Source of the DNA: a virus
Taxonomy: Duplodnaviria > Caudoviricetes
IMG/VR virus record: IMGVR_UViG_3300005611_001698
Span: 130,409-194,408 of that record
DNA length: 64,000 nucleotides
Strand: one strand, 5' to 3'
This document shows positions 39,116 to 47,533 of this stretch, in pieces. Positions within the stretch are counted from its first letter, which is position 1; each line of letters starts with the position of its first letter. The notes below the pieces were generated by a model. That model worked only from the letters and a program-made list of their open reading frames with translations. It was not told where the DNA came from and made no database searches. The position numbers were made by a program, and so were the translations under genes.

Positions 39116-39266
39116 TTGGCGTAGCGACAATCAGGATGAGGTTGAGGTAGAGCAGCACACGCTTGATCGTATGCTTCAAACAGTTTGTAATCGCGTTGTG
39201 CTAGAAATACATTGTAGGATGTAATACCAGCAAAAGCGAGAATGATCCAGAAAGCGTAAGTCTTCA

Positions 39267-39434
39267 TCAGAACACGTTAGTCCAGCGAGTGTGGTTTGCT
39301 TTGGTGATACGTCCTTCTGCTAACATGTTATCACACACATTACAGAAGACTTGGAACTTCTCTTCACGGGTGAGCACATGCGGTTGAGCACATGTGGCAA
39401 TCACCTTGAGCATTTGTGCTTTGGAAGTGATCAT
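39267..39434 (-). CDS. Mini-gene family A copy 2
   Basis: MITSKAQMLKVIATCAQPHVLTREEKFQVFCNVCDNMLAEGRITKANHTRWTNVF. Confidence 0.75.
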   Translation of the reverse strand: MITSKAQMLKVIATCAQPHVLTREEKFQVFCNVCDNMLAEGRITKANHTRWTNVF

Positions 39435-39440
39435 GGGTCG

Positions 39441-39517
39441 TTCCCTTGACTACCTTAGTAGTATAGCGTCTCAACCCTCGTCGTCGAAGGACTTGAGACA
39501 GTTCTCCAACTGGCACA
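39441..39517 (-). promoter_or_regulatory. Early promoter cassette 12
   Basis: GACAGTT-ctcc-AACTGGC; -10 TATACT; GTCAAGGGAA leader. Confidence 0.7.
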
Positions 39518-39656
39518 TCATCTGAATGTCGTCCATCTGGTTCAGTTGAGCAAGTTTGGTGGTAAGTTCGATGGGAGCATCCATCATGAGATCGATCAAG
39601 AAATTGACCTGAAAGGTGGTCAGATCAAGCGAACGGGTTTCCATAGGTCTAAGGGG

Positions 39657-40532
39657 TTAGAGGGGTGTTACAGGCGATCCTAGAGGGGTCTCAGGACATG
39701 CTGATCTTAGACGATCAGCAGCGATTTGGCAATAGTGCTCATCCGAGTCAATTCCAACAAAGTTTCTATCAATTCCCAAAGCAGCAACACCAGTGCTGCC
39801 ACTACCACAGAATGGGTCAAGCACCGTAGAATTGACAGGAGAATAGATTTTGATAAGATACTCCATCAAACTTACTGGTTTGACTGTAGGATGATCGTTG
39901 TTTTCTCCTTTCTCTTTGCGTGTGGCACGAGGGGCATAGAAATACTTTTGATGCTCATGTTGCACCTCGCCAATAATATTTGATGGGTAGCGTCCATCAG
40001 GATTTGCGTCTACAGTTCCATACTCTTTCTGTGTGCCTGTAGTTTTACCATCCTTACCAAATGTGCGACGTTTAGCACCTTGAGCAACCCAACCAGTTGG
40101 TGGTTTCTTATCCCACGGAATACGAGTGTTAGTTGTATCAATCATTCCGCATCCCCACTCCTCAAAGTTATCCTTGAGCGTACCAGTGTATGGTTTTTGT
40201 GCTACAACAATGGGTTCATGTGCTGGTTTGAGTTTATTATACTTTGGCATCTTAGTGGTGGTCATCCACATAATCTGATCCTTGATCATAAATCCCGCAT
40301 CTTCTACATTACATGCGAGACGATGATACAATTCAGGAGAGCAGAATGCCAAGCAAAATGCTCCAGGACGCAAAGTTCTATAAACTTCACGCCATACTTC
40401 TACACTAGGAACAGAATGATCCCAGTGTTCCATACCCATACCATAGGGAGGATCAGTAATACATGCATGAAAAAAGTTCTCCCCGTAAGTGGGGAGAACA
40501 GATTGACAATCACCAGCTAGGATATTAAACAT
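39657..40532 (-). CDS. Beta-class N4/N6 DNA methyltransferase
   Basis: N-terminal ITDPPY, HPTVKP, C-terminal LDPFCGSGSTGVAA..GID. Confidence 0.9.
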   Translation of the reverse strand: MFNILAGDCQSVLPTYGENFFHACITDPPYGMGMEHWDHSVPSVEVWREVYRTLRPGAFCLAFCSPELYHRLACNVEDAGFMIKDQIMWMTTTKMPKYNKLKPAHEPIVVAQKPYTGTLKDNFEEWGCGMIDTTNTRIPWDKKPPTGWVAQGAKRRTFGKDGKTTGTQKEYGTVDANPDGRYPSNIIGEVQHEHQKYFYAPRATRKEKGENNDHPTVKPVSLMEYLIKIYSPVNSTVLDPFCGSGSTGVAALGIDRNFVGIDSDEHYCQIAADRLRSACPETPLGSPVTPL

Positions 40533-41689
40533 CAGTACATCTTAATCATTTTGGTTTCACCAGCAAATTCAGGAAACGCTTCATACATGGGCAAAGTACC
40601 AGTATTATTAATATAGATTTTGTGGTATGCTTCACCCATCATTTTCATGTAGTCACCAACTTTACAGATGAACATGCGACGTATCTCGTCTGCTTGCTTA
40701 GAATCAATCTTACCAGATTTCTTCAAAGAAAACAAGACCTTCATGGGACCATTTTCATTAAGAACATGTTGTGCCCACTTAGTCGCTACTTCAGAGGCAC
40801 CACGACCTTCATCTTGAGCAAGAATAACTGGAACATCATTGTTACCAATGTAATCATAGATGTCGCTAGAAGATGTAACCCACTCTTGGAAAGTAGAATC
40901 TACATATTCTTTCATAAAATCAGCATCCCATTTCTTACGCTCAGGTGTAAACCCACCTTTGTGTGCTAAACGACGAACGATAGCATCACGGGTTTTAGAA
41001 TGAACGTGATATGATTCAACCTCATCACGAATAGCATTCTCTTCCTTTTCAGGAGTAGCAGCATTAGCAATGGCAACAGAAATGTCAGAGTTTTCATCAC
41101 TGAGATCAAACAAAATGCTCTCAGTGATGTCGATCAAATCATTACGAGGATTAGATGCGTAACGCTTACGATTAGCTTCAGCATTAGCCCACTTACGAAG
41201 TTTGCTAAGACTGATGTCAATAACCCAAGCAATAATATGGGTTTGACCAGCAAGACGAGCAGCGTAAAGGCGATGAGTTAAATTAGCAATGCCATAGATT
41301 CGCTCTACGCCATCAGAAGAAATACTCATGCCTTTAAACTCTTTGGGAAGACGGAATACCGCTCCTTGCATTAGAAGAGGGTCCCAATTCTTGTCACACA
41401 TATCCTTGGCGATCTCATCAACAGTGTCTCTGTCAAGATCTTCAGCAGCGCGAGTTTGGAATCCGCGAGGATGAAAGTTGCCGTAAATATCTGTAATACC
41501 AGAAAGATCGTGGATCTGACGAATATCAATCAAGACAGGATGTTTTGAAACTGCCTTACCGTAACCATTAAGAATGGTATTGATATGAGGACCTTTCTTA
41601 CATGCTTCAAACAACGCAGTGTTGAAACAAAGGTTTTCGTTTACCTCAATGTCAGTGTTCAAATTGAGAATCTCTTCTAAAGTTTCCAT
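40532..41689 (-). CDS. ParB/Srx-like N-terminal domain protein
   Basis: FQTR..VDEIAKDM..WDP..YGIANLTHRLYAA..G..I.AWV; one-base overlap with both neighbours. Confidence 0.5.
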   Translation of the reverse strand: METLEEILNLNTDIEVNENLCFNTALFEACKKGPHINTILNGYGKAVSKHPVLIDIRQIHDLSGITDIYGNFHPRGFQTRAAEDLDRDTVDEIAKDMCDKNWDPLLMQGAVFRLPKEFKGMSISSDGVERIYGIANLTHRLYAARLAGQTHIIAWVIDISLSKLRKWANAEANRKRYASNPRNDLIDITESILFDLSDENSDISVAIANAATPEKEENAIRDEVESYHVHSKTRDAIVRRLAHKGGFTPERKKWDADFMKEYVDSTFQEWVTSSSDIYDYIGNNDVPVILAQDEGRGASEVATKWAQHVLNENGPMKVLFSLKKSGKIDSKQADEIRRMFICKVGDYMKMMGEAYHKIYINNTGTLPMYEAFPEFAGETKMIKMY

Positions 41690-42222
41690 TACCAGTTATA
41701 ATTAAGAACGTTGGATTCGCACATCTGACGGTCAGAGTGCTTGAAGTAGTTGGTGCGCTTCCAACCACCAGACTGAGTGAACATGTTGCGGATGTAGAAG
41801 TTAAATCCACGGTTGTCATCTTGCCACTCAGGCATTGCCTGATACTTATCAAGAACTGCGCGAAGTTCTTCAATCAGACAAGCAAACAGTTCACGCTTGC
41901 GGTTAGAAACAACATCTTCAGCAAAATAAATGGTGGTCTCGTTATACTTGGCAGAACTGAAAACATACACAGTACCTTTCTCAGGAAGACCACCGTTGTA
42001 AGTTGGATGCGCTTGCTTAGAAGACTTACACTCAATGTCAACAGTCTTGCCGCTGTCAAGTGTAACACGAAAGTCGGGAGAGTTTTGAATACCGTTAGGT
42101 TGTGCCTCGTATTTGATGTTATGCTTGATCAGCAGTTCTTCAACTTGCTGCTCATGGAGAGGATTATCTTGAGAGTTGGTCTTGTAAGGGAGACGGAGAA
42201 TGTCTTGGAAAAATTGTTGCAT
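41689..42222 (-). CDS. PD-(D/E)xK nuclease, restriction-endonuclease-like
   Basis: E..V..QPNG.QNSPDF..DIECKSSK. Confidence 0.65.
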   Translation of the reverse strand: MQQFFQDILRLPYKTNSQDNPLHEQQVEELLIKHNIKYEAQPNGIQNSPDFRVTLDSGKTVDIECKSSKQAHPTYNGGLPEKGTVYVFSSAKYNETTIYFAEDVVSNRKRELFACLIEELRAVLDKYQAMPEWQDDNRGFNFYIRNMFTQSGGWKRTNYFKHSDRQMCESNVLNYNW

Positions 42223-42304
42223 TGTTTTTTACCTTTGAATGTCTCGGACTTAATTGCCCGTTGTACAGTGGAGTCTTTAAGGGCGCTGCCTTTCCCATGA
42301 ACTT

Positions 42305-42361
42305 AATATACATGAGTTGGGGGTCTGTGTCAACCCCCTAGTCCAGTCTGTCAACTGTCAC
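42305..42361 (-). promoter_or_regulatory. Early promoter cassette 13 (TTGACA-N17-TATATT plus palindrome)
   Basis: TCCAGTC-tgtc-AACTGTC about 8 bp upstream of the -35. Confidence 0.75.
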
Positions 42362-42509
42362 TAAAGATTGGGATGATGTCCGTCTTTGCGTGTTCAGTTT
42401 TGTTAATGTGTTGTTCCCACATTGCGGCGTCTTCCAAATTGTAAAAGATCGCTTCTTGGCGGGCAGTTCCCTTTTTCTTGTTCTTCATCCAAACAACTGC
42501 GTATTTCAT
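42351..42509 (-). CDS. Small hypothetical protein (52 aa)
   Basis: MKYAVVWMKNKKKGTARQEAIFYNLEDA..; stop codon inside cassette 13. Confidence 0.55.
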   Translation of the reverse strand: MKYAVVWMKNKKKGTARQEAIFYNLEDAAMWEQHINKTEHAKTDIIPIFSDS

Positions 42510-42877
42510 GCCAAAAACTAGGATAAACAATGAGTGTAGAGTAATGACGACCCCACCGCGAGTTTGCTGACTCTGGCAGTGGAATGTCTTTGAATACTAT
42601 ACTAACGTAGTATTCACTGATGAAAGAAATATAACCTGTAGTACCTCGATATTCTACAGGTTGTAACATTTCAAAATCAATCGACTTCATCAAATGCTTT
42701 GCGATTCTTGTTCTCTGGTTTAGGAAGACGGAACATCTCTTTGAGATCGTTCAGATCATTTAATTGTTTTTGAAGATTGTCAATTTGTGCTTGTAAGATC
42801 TGGAAGTTATGATCATTATTGTTTTGCATCATCAACATATTGTTGATTGCTGTTTTAAAATCTTCTTCAGTCATGAT

Positions 42878-43183
42878 TCAATAGCGGTGAGGTATTTTAT
42901 CTAGTTGCCATTTTTCAGCAAGTTCGGGGTCAATGTCATCAACAACGCGATGACCCATCATGAGTGATCTGAGACCAGTGGCACGATTAAGAGCAGTTTG
43001 ATGATACTCAATCACATCATCAATACATGATAACATCTCCTCATACACTTGTCTAGAATCAACTCCGTCATCTTGGAGGTAATCGTCGATAGCATCCTGC
43101 ATACGATCTTTACGTTGCTTTGAATATTCTTTTTGCCAGTGATCATCTGACAATTTAAATTCTGGGCGTCCTTCAATAGTCAT
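42878..43183 (-). CDS. Hypothetical early protein
   Basis: 101-aa ORF. Confidence 0.6.
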   Translation of the reverse strand: MTIEGRPEFKLSDDHWQKEYSKQRKDRMQDAIDDYLQDDGVDSRQVYEEMLSCIDDVIEYHQTALNRATGLRSLMMGHRVVDDIDPELAEKWQLDKIPHRY

Positions 43184-43648
43184 TAGTATTGTTCTCCATC
43201 ACGAACTTTGGCGGGGGCATGAGCAAGGTCAACAAAAGTCATAGCAAATTCAGAGTATATGCTGGGATATGTAGTAAAACACAATCCTACAATCGCAACA
43301 AAAAAAGATATCGTCCAGAAATGCCTCATAATAACTGGGTATTGAGTACAGAGACATTATACCATTTTCTGGATTCTTTTTTCAAGTATGTGACAGTTCA
43401 ATCACTGTCCACAGCATCAACCGATTCAATGTCGCATACAGGAACCTCATGCTCACCAGCAATGATGTACCAGTGCATTAACTGTCCATGATACTCTGGA
43501 TGAGCAGGATAGTCTTCTGTATACTCTCTTTCGCCAACATATACTAATTCAGACTCTGGAATTGAAAAATCTCGCAACATAGCTTGTAATTGCATATGCT
43601 GTAATTCTACTTTGGTTGGTACTTTCATGTTTTGGTGGCATCTTAGCA

Positions 43649-43677
43649 ACCATAACAGAAGGTCAGGAAGTTGTCAA
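43649..43677 (-). promoter_or_regulatory. sigma70 promoter TTGACA-N17-TATGGT at the upstream boundary of the early region
   Basis: Consensus -35 and 17-nt spacer. Confidence 0.55.
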
Positions 43678-44550
43678 GTCCTTAAACTTTTCAACTTTAA
43701 AGTGTAAAAATGTTGTATTATTTACTACTCCAGTTTCATCAATATCAAAATCTAATGTAAAGTATGAATTACCAGTACAAACAGATCTAATAAATGCTGC
43801 TTGTTCTGATGTGATAATATGAAAATCAGTATTGTCAGTATATGGTTGAGAGTAAAAGTTCAAATACATATCAACCATTGAATTCCTATCATCAAAGATT
43901 TTCACCATTCCTTTACCAAGATAATTCCTATCAGCACAAAGGTCATATCTTGACGTTAAATGATAATTAATATCATTAGAGTCAGGACGAAATGCTACTT
44001 CCCCTCTAAAGTTATCATGCATTTTGCTTGGTATTTCATTAATATTGTTCAAAAATTCATTATCATTGTATTCTGAAAGATTGTATGTTTTATCACATAC
44101 TCGGACAGAATATAATGACATGTCTTCATTATAAACCAAACCAGTAATATAAGTATCTGGTTCAGCAGTAACATCAGTCATTCTTTCAATATGACTTTTA
44201 CAATTATTTAATTCTGGTACTTTTATTTCATCAATAAATTTATTCCACAAGTGATAGTTGCTAATTGTATTATATCTAATCTCTTTTCTTGCGAAGAAAG
44301 AAATAATCTCTCCAGCATTATGTTCCACATACAATTCATGCATCCAATTGTAATTAGGATCAGTAGTATTGACTTGTTCAAAGTCAAAATATAAATTCAA
44401 TTTTTCTTTTTGAATATCACTCAACGAAGGAAGATACCTAGAATTTTCTAGAGAAGTAAATCTCCTAGGCATCATCTCAATGGTAGAGATCTTAGTCTCT
44501 GTGTTGAGATCATACCTATCAGCAGTAAAGTAATTTTCAGAAAATATCAT
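43663..44550 (-). CDS. Hypothetical protein (tail island)
   Basis: 295 aa, AT-rich, coupled to the upstream gene. Confidence 0.6.
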   Translation of the reverse strand: MIFSENYFTADRYDLNTETKISTIEMMPRRFTSLENSRYLPSLSDIQKEKLNLYFDFEQVNTTDPNYNWMHELYVEHNAGEIISFFARKEIRYNTISNYHLWNKFIDEIKVPELNNCKSHIERMTDVTAEPDTYITGLVYNEDMSLYSVRVCDKTYNLSEYNDNEFLNNINEIPSKMHDNFRGEVAFRPDSNDINYHLTSRYDLCADRNYLGKGMVKIFDDRNSMVDMYLNFYSQPYTDNTDFHIITSEQAAFIRSVCTGNSYFTLDFDIDETGVVNNTTFLHFKVEKFKDLTTS

Positions 44551-44897
44551 TATTCGTTATTTCCGATAATTTGCCCAGAACTATTTACCAGTGACCAGTA
44601 AATATAATTTTCTGGTGTTGTCGTTGTTGCTTGACTTGCTGGTAGCGATGATTCTACAAAATTTAAAGTATCCTGAATATCATCAATTTCTAAAAATACA
44701 TGTTCAGATTGCTTAAGAGCAGTCCACATGTCTAATGGAAGAATATTCTCATAAGCATCATATGAAGCATTAATAGCATCAACATTTGTGCTATTGTTCC
44801 ACCCATAAGATCTTAAATAGAGAATTGCTTTGCCCTTCAAGGCAGCATATCTCTCTATAAAGTTATCAAAGTAGAATAAGTCGTAGTTAGTGTTCAT
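44550..44897 (-). CDS. Hypothetical protein
   Basis: 115 aa, coupled to neighbours. Confidence 0.6.
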   Translation of the reverse strand: MNTNYDLFYFDNFIERYAALKGKAILYLRSYGWNNSTNVDAINASYDAYENILPLDMWTALKQSEHVFLEIDDIQDTLNFVESSLPASQATTTTPENYIYWSLVNSSGQIIGNNE

Positions 44898-45415
44898 TTT
44901 AGTAGCAATTTCCAGGCAATAGTTACACGAAGACCAGTGAATAATCTCGATACTCCTTCAGCCATATGAGATATTTCACCAGGGAAACAAATAGCTGTGT
45001 TGGGGTATGGATCATAATATTCGTATTGATTATTTAAATTGAATATAGTTTTTCCACCCCATTCTGGCATCCACCTCTCATTAGCATAATAAAGAAATGT
45101 TCTTTCACTAGAGTCATACCAATCAACATGAAAGTTACCCTGCGTTCCAAATGTATGCCCATTAGCATACACATGATATAGTTTATATTCTCGCTGAGTT
45201 AACTCCTGTATCATATTTAGAAGATGTTCAGTATAGAAAGAGTCATCACTTAAATCTTTCATCCAGAATGGATAACCACGTCGTTTATCTCCAGGTGGAT
45301 AAGAACCATGACCAAATTGCCAACCCTTATCTGCCATGTCTTCATGTATTTTCTTCACAACATTAGAAGAAAAAACATTATTATATCTTTTTATGGGTTT
45401 CATTTTTCCATCCAT
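44894..45415 (-). CDS. 2OG-Fe(II) oxygenase
   Basis: HVD..W..EWGGKT.F..H..R.TIAWK. Confidence 0.85.
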   Translation of the reverse strand: MDGKMKPIKRYNNVFSSNVVKKIHEDMADKGWQFGHGSYPPGDKRRGYPFWMKDLSDDSFYTEHLLNMIQELTQREYKLYHVYANGHTFGTQGNFHVDWYDSSERTFLYYANERWMPEWGGKTIFNLNNQYEYYDPYPNTAICFPGEISHMAEGVSRLFTGLRVTIAWKLLLK

Positions 45416-45882
45416 ACTATAAACACATCTCTTCTCCCAGATTTTACTTCATTTACTCTATGAAGTAAATCCCCTGGATATATAATCGCTTTCCCTTTTT
45501 GCAGTTTTATTGGTATCTCTTCACCATCATTAGTTATTACTAATTCACCACCATCATAGTTATCACTCAAAAAACAAGTCATACTATAATCTGGTCTCAC
45601 ACCACCACATGGATTGGCATCATAATGATCATCATATTTACCACCAATATCATACTTGACAAAATATATCTGTGATATTTTTGATACAAATGAAATCTTA
45701 TCAAGTATGATCTCCCTACAATACATGTTCAAGTCATAATTACCCGAACCATCAAACACGGTTTGACATACTTTTTCTACAGTAAGATTACTCTTCTTAC
45801 CATCTTCGAATTTTAGATACTTAAAATACTTTGTAATATATTCTAATTGTTCATTATCTAAAAGATCAATCTCACAGATCAT
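45400..45882 (-). CDS. 2OG-Fe(II) oxygenase (PKHD/prolyl-hydroxylase-like)
   Basis: HYD, FLSDNYDGGEL, HRVNEVKSGRR. Confidence 0.88.
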   Translation of the reverse strand: MICEIDLLDNEQLEYITKYFKYLKFEDGKKSNLTVEKVCQTVFDGSGNYDLNMYCREIILDKISFVSKISQIYFVKYDIGGKYDDHYDANPCGGVRPDYSMTCFLSDNYDGGELVITNDGEEIPIKLQKGKAIIYPGDLLHRVNEVKSGRRDVFIVWMEK

Positions 45883-46814
45883 AATTCAGATTCATCGGTA
45901 TGATATTTACTCCAATTGACTGGTATCTCTTCATCTACTCTTAGAAGTCTCATTAGATCAATAAGTTCTTGAGAGATTTTCTTTCTATTAACAACACCAC
46001 GCTTAGAAAGATTATAGATATTTTCTTCTCTACTTCTCATGAAATCTGATGATGCTTCAGAATCATGTCTTACCCATTGTTGGGTATCATTTTCATCCAT
46101 GAATGCTGGTGCTGGTGTTACACCATCTTCCAACATATCATTTGGATATAATTTTCTATAATTTTTAGGATCTAAAGGAAATAACAATTCATGAGTATAC
46201 TTGAAATATTCTAATCCAGATCCATTAAATCTTTCATCTGTTGGAGCAGGAACAGTATTCTCACGAATCCAAGATCTCCACGCAATCCATCTATCTCTTT
46301 CTCCATCATAACTTTCTGTGACATCAGGGAGAACTCTCCAATCAGTCATTTGAAGCAATGCTTCCTTTTGTCTCCTGAGTTTATACCACCTCTGATCAAG
46401 TAATACAATATTTTGATCTATTGATTCTACTTTTGCTTCAACTTTTAAGTCTTTAACTTCTTCAACTACTTCGAAAAATCTTTGTAATAATTGATAGAAC
46501 TCCTCTGCTTGAGCAGTAGTTCCTCCCTTGTACTGATATGATTTGTAAAAATATGTTTCTGTTTCAAAATTATAAGTTTTCTCAGATCTCTGGCAAAAAT
46601 AATTACCGTCACTAAAGTATTGAAAAAACTCTATTCTATCTTTATCAGTGTGCCAAAATTCGGGTACTTGTTCATTTAGAAACTTATTCTTCAAAGTTTC
46701 ATCCATTTTATACTTTTTTGCGCCTGGAGCGAGAAAATCAACACCACCGTCTGGTAGTGGTAAAATGGCATTATTAATAAAATCTATCTCTAGAAGTAGT
46801 TTTCTTGCTTCCAT
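45879..46814 (-). CDS. Tail-fibre assembly chaperone-like protein
   Basis: LRRQKEALLQMTDWRVLPDV..WIAWRSWIRE..FP.DP motif. Confidence 0.6.
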   Translation of the reverse strand: MEARKLLLEIDFINNAILPLPDGGVDFLAPGAKKYKMDETLKNKFLNEQVPEFWHTDKDRIEFFQYFSDGNYFCQRSEKTYNFETETYFYKSYQYKGGTTAQAEEFYQLLQRFFEVVEEVKDLKVEAKVESIDQNIVLLDQRWYKLRRQKEALLQMTDWRVLPDVTESYDGERDRWIAWRSWIRENTVPAPTDERFNGSGLEYFKYTHELLFPLDPKNYRKLYPNDMLEDGVTPAPAFMDENDTQQWVRHDSEASSDFMRSREENIYNLSKRGVVNRKKISQELIDLMRLLRVDEEIPVNWSKYHTDESEL

Positions 46815-46819
46815 GGTTG

Positions 46820-47533
46820 TTACTTACCTTTAATGTACCATCCTGTCAAAATATATTTATCCTGAGTAAACACGGTATTACCTTTGTGAGTGTGAGTAAA
46901 ACCACCTGGCCAAATAACAATCGTCCCTGCTGTAGGTCTAATTCTTCTTTTTTGATACAAAAACTCAGTCTCTGCTTCACCTTCTGGCATGTCATTTAGA
47001 TAAATCATCCATGTCAACTCTCTCGCCGCATGTGCAAGATCAGCATTTTCATGATGCCATAAATGATATCCACCACCAGGAGGAGTTTTTTGTGCTTTGA
47101 TGTCTGTAGAAATTAAAGCAGATCTTATTAATGCCTGATACTTATTAACATAGTGTCTAACACAGGATTTTAGAACTGAATTGATTTGAGTGACAAGTTC
47201 TCTATTTGCATAATTAAGCAAAAATGACTTATCATCTCTATTCATTTTCCCATTGTAATACATATACGACTCATGAACTGGTGTTTCATCTTCTAGTATA
47301 TCTTTACTATCTTTCTGTAGGATTGCTTCTTCAGTATATTCACTATCGACAATATTTAAATGACAACCAATGTCCATCATCGAGTCCATATAGTTGATGA
47401 TAGTATCACATAGTGGTTTTGGCATAAAATTGTGCCAGACCCCAATAAAATCATCAAACTCAAACTTTGTAATTTTTGGGTCGAGCATCAATTCAAGGGG
47501 ACGATAATCAGGAAGTGATGACATAAAATTCAA
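46820..47533 (-). CDS. 2OG-Fe(II) oxygenase
   Basis: QKTPPGGGYHLWHHE, WMIYLND..ETEF, WPGGFTHTHKGN..KYILTGW. Confidence 0.88.
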   Translation of the reverse strand: MNFMSSLPDYRPLELMLDPKITKFEFDDFIGVWHNFMPKPLCDTIINYMDSMMDIGCHLNIVDSEYTEEAILQKDSKDILEDETPVHESYMYYNGKMNRDDKSFLLNYANRELVTQINSVLKSCVRHYVNKYQALIRSALISTDIKAQKTPPGGGYHLWHHENADLAHAARELTWMIYLNDMPEGEAETEFLYQKRRIRPTAGTIVIWPGGFTHTHKGNTVFTQDKYILTGWYIKGK

